Origin: Dudresnaya verticillata
Taxonomy: Eukaryota
Direction of reading: 5' to 3'
Length of the DNA: 64,000 nucleotides
Assembly (NCBI GenBank): GCA_977862235.1
Contig: OZ374565.1
Location: 992,001 to 1,056,000 of the forward strand
Below, piece after piece: positions 25,111 through 36,433 of this stretch; position 1 is the first letter of the stretch; each line of letters starts with the position of its first letter. The notes under the pieces were generated by a model, which ran no database searches, had not been told where the DNA came from, and saw only the letters and a list, made by a program, of their open reading frames with translations. The position numbers and the translations under genes are program-made.

Positions 25111-28100
25111 AGATCGTCAACAGCAAGGCTATGGTGATGATGAATACTATGACCGTGATCAGAAGCGCAGGTTGGGGGTTGGGCATCGTGATGCTGATTA
25201 TGGAAATACGGGCAATGACGTTTACAGTTCCCAGCGCCATCGTATTTCGTACGATGGATGGGACAATGCCGTGGATGGGAGAACTCGTCGTACTTCGGAT
25301 GCCAGGAGTTGTTATGACTCTCGCTACAACCAAGAGTTCACTTCCTGGCGTCAGAATCTAAGCAGTCCTTATCATGGTTTGGAAGGACATCGAAGCATCG
25401 GAGCCGGCTACTATGACGAGCGTCGTGCCGAGGGACGCCCCAGTACTGGGGCAATTGCTCCAGCGCCGTTGGAAGATGAACCGCGGCCGAGGCCGGGCAC
25501 TCCAGCACAAGTTGTTGACTGCACTGCTGCACGGGTAGACCGCAGCCGCAGCCGAGATCCGACGATGATGGAGAATAGGCATCCAAGCAGCTTCCGTGAC
25601 TACTTTGCCAACTATGACAAGTAGTTACCAATTTAGCATGGCCTGATGTAGAGCTACATTAGACATCAACTGCAGTTCGCATTCCAAACAAGAAAAGGGC
25701 GCCTGAACATCTTCATGAACAACATGACCCGTTTGTACTAAGGTATGGCTCGAGCATCTGACCTTGTCCCACCTGTCCAGCAAGTCCCTCCTTAAGCACG
25801 TATTTTGCACGCGCGCAAATATTGCCCGAACTCGCAATGCGGTGACAAGCCGTATTCTACCACTCCCACGCTCTCTCACTGCTCTTTCAGCAGCAGCGGC
25901 AACCGGACATGCTCGTTACAGGAGACCAGCAAGCTCTAATGTTTAAATATCTGTGCTGGTAACGACAACGCCGCCGAACCAAATGGTCGGAACCGCATCC
26001 CCCGAGTCATCGTAAATATCCGGAGCTTAATACCGGCAATCCCATTGTCCGCGAGGTTAATGAGCAGCACATCTTCGGCGGCGGCGGCAGCCTTTTCCCA
26101 TTCTTCTGCGTACCTGCTATTTGCCGTGCTCTACTGCAGTTGGCAATGCGGGCTCATGCAAGCAACTCACACAAGACGGGCGGCGCTCCAAGGTGGTCTC
26201 TGCAGAGCTCTCGGCCGTCTCATTCTCATCTGACCGTATAGGCGACGCGGCGGTAGTCGGGAGTGGGGAGACCACACGCAGCTCGCTAATGCGAATGAGC
26301 ACGGGCTGTCGGTGGCCGAGCCAGTAATGAATCGTGAGCGGGGTGGAGCACGGGGTGGTGACGTCGGCGCCCTCAACACGCAGAAAGCCGCTCCAGCGGC
26401 CATTCGTGAGGGCCAGCGCCTGGCCACGCAGAAAGTCCATGGCGAGCAGGCCCGCCCGGGCGCATTGCGGGTAGGTATGGGTGTGGGGCTCCCATTGCCA
26501 TTTACCTTATAGTAAGTTGATAGCAATAATAATTATTGCACGGTCGACCGTCGACAGTGCTCGCTCGACATTGCACAATGATAGGAGCCTGCAGTTGTGC
26601 AGATGTGAGAAAAGCTTTGATTCTGATGCCCCCGGTGCCGCGGCCCAAATCAACCACATTGTTGGCATTGTTTGCGATTGCGGCAGATCACCACTTGGGG
26701 CGCTACATTTCGTGCAGCGATCAAAAAACGCTGCTGGAAAGAATCACAGGGGGTGGATTTCAAATCAATGGCTGCTGTTCGGGGTCACAGTATGGGTTGC
26801 AAATTTGGAGTCAGCCATTGGTTGCACGTGATCGAAAGGGGAGGTGCAAGGCCACTTGTAATAGCTTTCCATAGATTTTAGGCGGACTTTGTATGGACAT
26901 AACCGACGAGTTTCGGGCTGGAATGGGATTTCTGGCATTCGAGCCTGGTCGGAAGCCTCCATCCTTGATCAAGTAAACTTTAACAACATAACGCCCATGC
27001 GTCGAATATGCAGATCCGCCGCAGCCCAATTCGACAAGTACACTTGCGCAGCTTCGAGACAAGAGACGAGCGTTGGACGTGACTGGCACGTAAAGTGCAT
27101 GGCAAAGAAACGAGGTGATATTACGGTCACCTGGATCGCTCGAGATCTCGAGGCGCTCGCCTTCATCGCATCGCCGCAGTGACCGGGAAACTTTGCCGGT
27201 ACCTTTAAGGTGCTAACAACAAATTGGGCAGGAATACCGCCGCTGGCGAGTCTCAGTGAGTAATGTACCCATCAATCCCACTAACACGATCTCATGAAAT
27301 CACTCGGAAGTCGCAGGGGGGAATACATGTCCCGTATTCTCGCACAATTACAGGTGCACCTGGAAATGACATTCAAGGCAGTGATGAAGATCTTCAATGC
27401 GTACTGGTGGATGACTGCAGCAGTCTTCAGTAGTTGACTAACACTTTGTTCGTATTCAGACTTTCCCTTCACCTTATGGAATACGCAGACCGGCACTGGA
27501 TACCCGCATTGTCTAACTTTCGCTGTACTCATCGCTCTTTCGCATTTCAAGTTGACGAGAATTCTGTCGAGCGATATTGTCTTGTAATGGAACAAGGAAT
27601 TTAATGGCGAACGACCTTGTCAAGTGTAAGTGCTCACTGACCTTTCGTATTTAACATTCTATGGAGCGCTGTACTACGCAACGGCCGTCAAGCTGGGTAT
27701 CCAGCGCCGAACACACGCGCGTGTGATGTTTTGGTTCCAGTTTCCGTATGTACTTGTTCGATTTCAACTGGTGTCGTGCGACGGGGCGAGGGGCGGTGAA
27801 GGAGCAATGATGGTAAGGTCCCAAGGTAATGCCGAGCTGCGTTTCCGCCATGACGCGCGTCATACTGCAAACCGATTCAGAGCAGGGCTCCAGAAGCGAG
27901 CTCTGTATATCATCGCAGACAGACAGTCCAATGATCGCAATCAAATGCGTAGTTTGAATAGGGGCAAGCGATTCATGCGCTGTGGTTGTGATTTATGGAA
28001 TCAATTCAAACGATGGGTGTCATCATCCGCTCCCCATTGATCTCATGGGCTTGCCAGTCAAAATTTACCTGTCATTTTATCAATAATAGAATGCTGGAAA

Positions 28101-28206
28101 TTAGGCGCGCAAAGGCCTGTACCGACAAATTTGATTGCCCCTATTTCGCACCAAATGGCGCGGGCCAATGCAGCACGTCTTTTAATTTATTGATTTCGGT
28201 CAGAAA

Positions 28207-28219
28207 TGACCTCTTAGTG
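28207..28219 (-). repeat. Right TIR of the CACTA-like element
   Basis: TGACCTCTTAGTG is the reverse complement of CACTAAGAGGTCA and is followed by the CG TSD. Confidence 0.9.
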
Positions 28220-28221
28220 CG

Positions 28222-29491
28222 AGTAGTTACGCTCTGGAGCGGTGAGCGAGCGAGACCAGAAGCCGAGTGGCTTCCGCTCTCCGTCGGGCTGCATTTGAAA
28301 GACAGCGCAGCCGACTTGATACTCGCTAGCGTCGCAATCGACGGATTATGGTAGGCCCTGCTGTGGTAACGCCAGGATGGGCGGGTTGGTCACAGCCTTG
28401 ATGAGTGTTCTGAATGCCTTGGCTTGTGCCTCACCGAACGGGGACAACCGGAAGTCTTGATCCTTCCCCAAAAACGTGTTGAGGGGTGCAGCGACGTGCG
28501 CGTATCGCGACACAAGCCGTCTGTAGACGTTATACAGACCGAGGAAGCTCCGTAGCTTTTTCTGATCCCGTGGATGCTTGGCTTCGCGTAACGCGGCGGT
28601 GACAGTTCGATCGACTTCTATCCGTCCTGGATGTATGGCATGACCCAAGTAGTTGACCGTCGGGGTGAAGAAGTCACACTTGGGCAACTTCAGGGTCACC
28701 CCGGCTCGGTGTAGGGTCGATAGGATCTCGTCAATGTGACGGAAATAGCTATCGATGTCACTTCAGAAGATTATTACGTCGTCGAGGTAGAAGAGGCATG
28801 AACGCCACTTGTAACCAGCGATCAGAATGCCAAGCGTTTGTTGAAACGTAGCGGGTGCGTTCGTGAGACCGAAAGGCATATTGTTGCGGTCCCGCGGATT
28901 GATCGGCACCTGCTAGTACCCACTGTTACAGTCTCGGTGGTGAAGACGTTTTCCTCCCCTAGACTATCAATGCACTCGTCAATACGCGGAAGCTGGCACG
29001 TATCCCGTATGGTTACTGCGTTCAAACGGCGGTACTCTACACAAAAGCGCAGGTTCCCGTCCCTCTTGGGGGCAAAGACCACTGGTGACGCCCACGGCGA
29101 TTGTGCAGGTTCGATGAACCCTTGACGCAGCATGCGGTCCACTTCTGCTTGAGCGAGGTGTCTTTACTTCGGCGCCCCACTCGGTAAGGCGGGGACGATA
29201 TCGGTCTAGAGCCGGGAAGCAAGTCGATGTAGTGTTCCGCGGTTGAGATTTCTCCCAACGAACCGTCCCACATAGAAGAATACTTGCGTAACATCTCCTT
29301 AAACCGGCCTTGATGCCCGGAAGGGACATATCCCAGGTCCAAATCTTCCACTGACGTAGTCTTGGCAGTGGTTGCCTCGATCGACTTCGTGAAAGTATCC
29401 AGTTGTGCCGCAATATCATCGTTCGTTTGAAAACGGAAATATTGGTTTGCCTTCTCCTCCCCTGTCTGTTCCTCTGTGAGGCCCAAAACAT
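28222..29491 (-). pseudogene. Gypsy reverse transcriptase plus N-terminal half of RNase H
   Basis: Motifs: SPWASPVVFAPKRDGNLRFCVEYRRLN, LPRIDECIDSL, MPFGL, CLFYLDD (about 28777-28797), KCDFF...YLGH, LRSFLGL, GFWSRSLTAPERNYS. Confidence 0.93.
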
Positions 29492-29614
29492 CGTCTAGCC
29501 ATACGTGACTGGGTAACACTGCTTTCGGATGTGGCAATGCCGTCGCGACGACTTGGCCCTTGGCCAGCGCCTGCGGGCGAGGGGATAAGTTGGCAACCAA
29601 AATGCGAAACTCTT

Positions 29615-30250
29615 TTAGCGGCTCCACTTGAGTGATCCCGTTCGAAACGACCAGAGCTTGCTTGTGGTACAGTGTTCCGAACGGTTGAATTGTACTGACG
29701 CCGGCGCGTTCGGTGGCCACCGATATCCATTGCTGCGCTTTAGGCGGGATGATCGCACGCTCAGTTGCTCGTATCTTGGGCGGCGTCCTTCCTTCGGCCT
29801 TGCCGTATTCCTGTTCCGTTGTAAAAGGAGGATAAGATGGGGTCGGTGCAGGGGGCGGCGCGTTATAGGGACACGAGTCCCGTCGTCTAATTCAACCTCG
29901 CGACTTCGCGGATAAATCGCTTTGAGAAAGCGGTCGCAAAAGTCGCAACCGAGTATAACCGGCGCAGCGAGCCGATCACAAACGATCAGTTCCAACTTGA
30001 CGACCCACTGTCCCAGACGAACGACCAGATAGATGGTACCTCTTGTCTGCATCGCCTTTTTCTTGGCGTCGGCTATGACGGGGAGGCTTCTTTCCACAAT
30101 GCGTGATCGCGGTTCCAGTGGAATTTCGTCAATACGAATGAAATTCGGACCAGCCCCCGTGTCGAGGACAGTGCGTTTATGCGCCAAGGTACTAACGGTT
30201 GCCCCCAAGCCGGCGTACACCTTGTAGTTCCTCTTGGTCATTACGAACAA
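29615..30250 (-). pseudogene. Gypsy aspartic protease
   Basis: VLDTGAGPNFI active-site motif and ILGCDFC. Confidence 0.9.
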
Positions 30251-30409
30251 CTGTCCCCACGCCTGGGGCTGGTACCTTCGCCATGGGGTTTTAATGACGT
30301 CTGAGACGACTCTATCCGCCCGTTGGCGTCGTTAGTAACCAACTTCGGGCCCTCCTTCCGTGTCGGCACCCAAGGTCTAGGCCTCTCTTCACGGTGCGAC
30401 ACCCCAGTG

Positions 30410-32651
30410 TCAGGATTCGGTGCCCGAGTTATTTTTCGCCTCCGGCGGTGGTTGTGGCGCTACGTAGCGATTGGTCATCGTCGGGTGACGTTCTGCCGCG
30501 TGCGGTATGAGTCCGCCTCTTGACGATTGCGGCCGTGCAGCACGACAGGCAGCGTCGCGGGTCGCGCGTTCCTTGCAACGGACATACGCATCAGCGGGGA
30601 CACCAGCCTCCTCGGCCTCGGTTAGTCCTTCATAGTTGGTAATAGCCTTCATGAAGTCGCTCATGCGGAGGAAGCAGTCCGGGGCGATATGTCCGCGAGC
30701 GTAACATTGATGGCATACCAGCTGCCGACGCGCGTCTTGACGGGGCGGACCTCTGTCCTGCCATCCGGGCCTTGCCCGGTGAACGTGTAGGCCATACTCG
30801 GAATATGGAACGCGTGGTGCAGGTGCAGGTACGACCGAGCGCCCAAAGGCGAGAGCAGGGTTCATGCCCCTTTTTTATTCGTCTTAGACGTAGCTGTCCG
30901 TCAGTAAACCCGAAGTTGGCACCGACGCTTGCTCGTCTGCAAAGTATAGATCGCCATCGGCGTTTGTTTCCATGTCATCGACAGGGCGGTTAACGTCTCG
31001 GAACTCGAGGGAGGACTCCGCTATCATAGCGCGCGCTCCAGGCTTTGCGCCTCTCGTCTGGGGACGCAGGAAGCCTCGGGCATCGCCGATGGCGGGGCGC
31101 GACGCGCGTGCGGCTTGAGCCGGTATCAGTATGTCTCGTCTTGCTGACGCAGAGCCGATCCTGCCGTGTCGGGCGCGGTTGGCGTCCCCTTCGTCCTGTG
31201 TGAAGTGGACCAGCCGCTCAAATGACAATTCCGCCCTTGGCATTTCTTCTCGAAAGCAAGCCACGAGTGACCTGATCGACGGGTCCAACCCGTCGATGTA
31301 CAGTGTCATCTTCTCCCAGTCGGGATAAACGTTACCGCAACGAATACATTCCCCGGACAGCCGCATCCAATTGGTCGTCTCGTCTTCGCCTTGCTTCTGG
31401 ACGGTCGAACGTAGGGCGAAGACAGCGTCCCGAATCGCCGCTGGCGTAGCGTAGGTACGGAGGAAGTACTGTACCGCCTCCGGATACGAGGACACCCCGC
31501 CGCGATGGCGTGAAGACGTAGACTTGACGGAGCGGAATTCCGTGGCTGCCGTACCTCGCAAGAAGTACGGCAGTGCGACAAACGCTTGGGCTTCGCTCAT
31601 TTCCAGCGTGTCTGCTTCATCCGCGAATCGGGTTAGGAATTCTAGGACCATGACGGGGTCGCTGCCGTTCAAGGCGGCGTCCTTCATGGTCAGCTCCAGG
31701 CGCTTAATATGGACCTTGACCTTACCCGTGTCGCGCTCTGAGCGTTTTTGCCCTACGTCTTTGAGACGGTAAGTCCTGTACGATAATATCTGATCGAAAA
31801 GGAGTTGGAGGGGCGTAGTTACTTCAACCCTTTGTACCGCTTTCCGCGAGGCCTTGCGGCACTGCCGAGAGCCGGGAAGTCGTCGTCGTCAGACGAAGAG
31901 TCGGATGACTCTCCGTCACTTGATGAGTCCGAAGAGGACGAGGACGAGTCCCCACATCGATGACGGTTCTTCTTCCGCCTATGACGCAGCTTGCGGCGGC
32001 GTCTCTTCCGATCCTTGCGTCTGTGACGTTCTTCGCACGAGCTCTCGTCACCCGACGGTGGACCGTTGCGCCACTTGGCGGTTTCGAGACGCTCTAAGCG
32101 AGTCGCCAGTCGCTGAAAGCGTTCGCGTGAGTTAAGCTCAGAGTGCGAATGAACCGTTACTGCCGGCAATGGTTGGGTACCTATACCTTGGCCTGCTTTT
32201 TGGTTCGTCAATAGACGGTCGAGATCGTAGCGAATCCCTTGTAGGGAGCCGTCCCAATCTTCTTCCAACGTCTGTAGACGACTTGTTATTCCTCCGACGC
32301 TGTCGTCTAGCAAACCGGTGAACCTTGCGAGCAAAGCATCGTCTTGCAAGGCGCATACCTCTCGGATCCGATCGCGTGGTATCGTTAAATTACTCACGCG
32401 GACGCCCGAGGGTGATGCCGTTGGCGGTTGGCTTTCGAGGGTTGACCGGTTGGGGGTTCCTCCAGCTCTTTGGCTTGGCGACTTCGGCTTAGCCGGAGAA
32501 CAATCGGCACTGCCGTGGGGTTTGGGGCAGTACGCCCCAGGTGGCAATGGGTCTTTAGCGATGTTGCTCTCCGCGGAGCGCTCCTGATCGTCGTTGACGG
32601 GGATAGTTGGTGGACCCGGAAGTTCCGGTTGTTCCTCGACGATTTCGGCAC
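30410..32651 (-). pseudogene. Gypsy gag (disrupted) with a CCHC zinc knuckle
   Basis: ORFs 32547-31819, 31687-30884 (retrotransposon gag-like FLTRF...YFLRTY...TVQKQGEDE) and 30865-30410 (CHQCYARGHIAPDC). Confidence 0.85.
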
Positions 32652-33690
32652 GTATTCCGTCTACGGCGCGCTGTTGCTCTTCTCGTACTGTATCAGCCGA
32701 TTCAACGTATGAGCGGTAGGTGCGGAGGGTCGATCCCTCGGGGACTGAGGTGCGGACGACAACAGGGAGGCACGTCGGCGGGGGAGGTCACAATCTTGGC
32801 GGTGTGGCCATTGCACACCTACTGCTGCTTTCCCCGCTTCCTTATGTCATCTAGACGATAGAAGGGGTAGTCAATTGCCTGAGAGAATTCGGGGACCAAT
32901 TTGCTCAACGGCTCGACGCCCGTCATTAACGGTCCCTGGTGTCAACAGTCTGACACCAAACCTTCTCGTGGTGAGGGGCTAGAAACCACCACGGCTCTGC
33001 CCCCATCGAGGGTGCGTTGAAGTCTCTTAGAGTTGACCCAGTAGAAGGGTTTGTCGTCTCTTTTCGGGCGAGAAGACCGTTGCCCACTCCTAGGAGGGGA
33101 GGGTGGTGGTGAAAAGGGTGTTCGCTGAGCATGACGCTCAGAGAGGAGTGCCGCGGCCAGTTCGCGAACTTATCCGCTTGAGACGGAAATCGCGGATGAC
33201 GGCTACGCAGCGGCGACGGTCTGAAATTCCACTGTTTGTGCCGCGCCGGTGCGTACTTAATCAACTCGACGCGTTTACGTAGCTCATCTAGCAGCCGTTG
33301 CGCTGGGGCTAAGCCGTCCTTGACGAACGACAGAGTTACACGTCGAAGAGACTCTAGGTCACGATGACCTTGAGACCAGGCTTTTGCGACTGAGGTCAAA
33401 AATATGTCGTACAATTCCGAGAACGAGACCATCGTCTCCTCGTAGAGTAGTTTGAGTTATTCTTTCGAGATCACTGTACCTTCTAGGGCCTTGGCAATAA
33501 CCGCCCTGCTCTCGACGCGCTGTTTCTTTAGAGGAGCCCCTAACACGCCGGCGTTACTGAGTAAGGAAGTGCGTCGACGGCCAACTTCACCCGACCCAGC
33601 GGCTGCCGAACCGGCAGCGGTCGAAATAGGTAGCAGCGGGATTCCTGACTTCCCTCGAGATGACGCGAGAAGTGGTGGGGTCTTCTGCAA

Positions 33691-33709
33691 CTTCTTGGTC
33701 CGGAGACCA
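33691..33709 (-). promoter_or_regulatory. Primer-binding site (TGGTCTCCGGACC...)
   Basis: On the - strand, the LTR end ...CACA is followed by 1 nt and then TGG, complementary to a tRNA CCA end. Confidence 0.7.
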
Positions 33710-33710
33710 G

Positions 33711-34541
33711 TGTGGCATAGATGTCAGGTCGAACTGGACACCAATGCTTACTGGTCGATCAGTCGCACCCAGACGAAAGGTGATAGGTAGCTATGGTAGA
33801 GCGGGGTGTCGGCCGCGCGCGCCGTCGATGGTGGCGGGTCTGACGGTATCGAAGCCTCAGCGCGCACAGGGTGTACCAAACGCGTGTGGCAGTGGCCGGA
33901 CTACAGCGTCCCCGTCGTAGGGAGGCACGAAGCCGACGGTCGAAAAGGAGAAGGGGAAAGTCTAGGCAGCCAGGGAAAAGAGGAAAAGCCGTATGGAAAA
34001 GGGAAAGGGAAAGAACCCGAAGAAGGAAAAGGCAAGCTCCACCGTAAGCGGGTGCTTGTTGTCCTTACTTACGCATGGCCGGCGAATATCCGTAGATAGG
34101 GTAACTACACACCGCGGCGACACCAACACAGGCGGTGCGCCAGCGCGCCTGGACACGTGTCCACGAATAAGGGTAACGGCTAACGGTGGCACGCGCAGGC
34201 GTAACGGACCTCCGCTCACTCAACGGCTCAAAGCCGGAGTGCGCGTGCGCCTTTCGCTGCACGGCGCGCGGGACAGCAAGGCGTTCGACCGCCGTTTGAA
34301 TTACACTACACTGTACACGCAAAAAGTAAACGTAAAAATGACATGGGCGTGTTAGTGCCACACGTTACGCGTGGGTGCCACAGCCCACTTGCTTACAGCC
34401 TCAGCAGGGACGCGACGCGACCGGCTGACAATATGCCCGCAGCATGGCCAACGGGGCGCAGCTGGTCTTACAGCTGCGCATGCGTGACACGCTGTGCACA
34501 CACTGTCAGCCGGTAGTATCTGGTGTTACAGCTATGCCACA
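33711..34541 (-). repeat. 5' LTR (831 bp)
   Basis: Perfect 10-bp inverted ends TGTGGCATAG...CTATGCCACA, an adjacent PBS, and collinear similarity to 35599-36433. Confidence 0.88.
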
Positions 34542-35598
34542 GTCAGAAACCGTCCCAAGAAGTGCAGAACCGACGAAGCCACCCACTCAGTCGACCGCGA
34601 CAACGACGCGGCTTCTCTGCCGCATTACCCACCCTCTGGTATCACCAACCACCCAGAGAAGAACTAGTTTCCGCGCCTCCCTGTCAGAAATTACCAACAT
34701 CTGCGTCCCGTGCTTGTTCTCACCGGAAACAATCCCCTACTCTCTGTGCCCGTACTGTCCTTCCCCGACACCAGCCACCCTATCTTCCCCAAATTCCAGA
34801 ATCCGTAGCCCCACGTGCTCTACCTGCTGCTCTTGGATCTCTGGAGCGACCCTGACATGCATCCTTGACATAGCGAATGCCCTCCGTGAAACTGCTCTCA
34901 ACATGGCAAAGCCCCAGTTGCTCACAAAACCGACTCGTGGATCACCTCATCCCGTCTCGCTTTTGGAAGAAGGACTGCTCCAACGCATTGACGGCACACT
35001 TTGTGGGCAGAAAAGTTGACTCAGGAAGACACAATTCAGCGTGGAAGAGATCAGCGTGATACATAGAGCTCGGATGTCGGAAATCGAGAGCAACATCGCA
35101 GACACGCGTTAAAGGTTAACATCTCACATCGATTTCCATTTCGAGGAGAGTCAACCCTTGGCGCGGGAACTAGCCGAATAAAAAACCCAAACGACTCACC
35201 TCCTTATTCCAAGGGCACGGAAAAGACATGAAAGTGCGCGCAAAATCCTCTACAGAAGCGCCAATCCCAAGGCAAAAATGAATAGCTACATCCCAGAGCT
35301 CTGAACCATTCAAAATCTGTCTTACACCCTTCCGAGATGCCGCTACAAAACCCTCGATACCTGCGACCCGCGATGGCCCCAGGCCATGTAAGGTAGATAA
35401 TGTTCAAAAAGATACGCGGATGACTGCCGCCCAGCTCTATCCCACTACGAAACGATGAGCACATTAACCGTCGCCTACTACTCATAGTCCACGAGGATCC
35501 CGGTGGGAAAGCTTAGTCGCTGCATACCGCAAGATATTTTGAACGCGAATCGGCGAGCGATTTGAGGAATATCCTACCACAGATCCTGCTCTCCCTAC

Positions 35599-36433
35599 TG
35601 TGGCATAGACGTCAGGTCGACTGACGTCTACCGCAGCTGGTCTCGTCGTCGCACCCAGGCCCGTCGAAGGGTGGTAACGGTAGTGGTAGAGCGGTGGTGT
35701 CGGCCGCGCGCGCCGTCGACGGTCGCGGACCAACGGCGTCGAAGCCTGAGCGCGCACGGGGCGTACCGTACGCGGGCGGCAGCGGCCGGGTCCCTGTGTC
35801 CCCGTCGTGGGGCGGGACGAAGCCGACGGTAGGGAAAAGAAAACGAAAGCCTAGGCGGCTAGGGAAAGAGGGAAGCCGTAGGGCGAAGGACTGGGAAAGA
35901 AACCCAAAGCAGAAAGGGGCAAGCCCGGCGTCGGCTGGATTGCCTTGTTTACTCAAGCCCGGAGGGGCGACTAATAAATAGACTACAGGGCCTGCGGCGG
36001 CACCAACCCGAGAGGTGCGCCGGCGCGCCCCGACACGTGTCGACGCGTACGGGTAACGGTAACCCGGGGGCGCGCGCGGGCGAAACGGTCCACAAGTACT
36101 CAACGGCTCGACGCCGGAGTACGCGCGCGCGTGTCACGCATTCAACGGCTCTACGCCGGAGTGCGCGCGCACGGCGCGCGGGACAACAGGGCGTTCGATC
36201 GCCGCTTACACTAGACAGTGCTGTACACTACAAAAAATAAACGTAGAAATTACATGGGAGTTTCAATGTCACACGCGTACACGTGCATGCGCGGGCCCCA
36301 CTGCGCACTTCCTTACAGTTCAGCGGGGCTTCGGCGCCACCGGCTGACAGCGTGTGCACAGCGGTGCACACGTGGCGCAGCTGGTCTTACAGCTGCGCGT
36401 GCGTGGCACAGCTGGTCTTACAGCTATGCCACA
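35599..36433 (-). repeat. Solo LTR (835 bp) of the same family, with 5-bp TSD CCTAC
   Basis: TGTGGCATAG...CTATGCCACA flanked by CCTAC at 35594-35598 and 36434-36438; a diverged homolog of 33711-34541. Confidence 0.92.

Larger units (their letters stand above)
9652..28219. mobile_element. CACTA/EnSpm (CMC superfamily)-like DNA transposon, 18,568 bp
   Basis: Left end CACTACGAGGTCA (9652) and right-end reverse complement CACTAAGAGGTCA (28219) form a 13-bp TIR with one mismatch. CG is duplicated at 9650-9651 and 28220-28221. Removing the insert plus one CG restores RNase H ...APERNYS|VSEKEC. The element encodes a DDE transposase. Confidence 0.93.
3561..34541 (-). mobile_element. Decayed Ty3/Gypsy chromodomain LTR retrotransposon 'B' (about 12.4 kb excluding the 18.6-kb insertion); possibly chimeric
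   Basis: Domain order on the - strand is LTR-PBS-gag-PR-RT-RH-IN-chromo-PPT-LTR, the Gypsy order. It carries many stops and frameshifts, and the two LTR ends do not match each other. Confidence 0.8.

Noticed and set aside
30410..30445. Programmed gag-pol frameshift site (GAAAAAT)
   Set aside because: Not a clean slippery heptamer, and the element has many random frameshifts.
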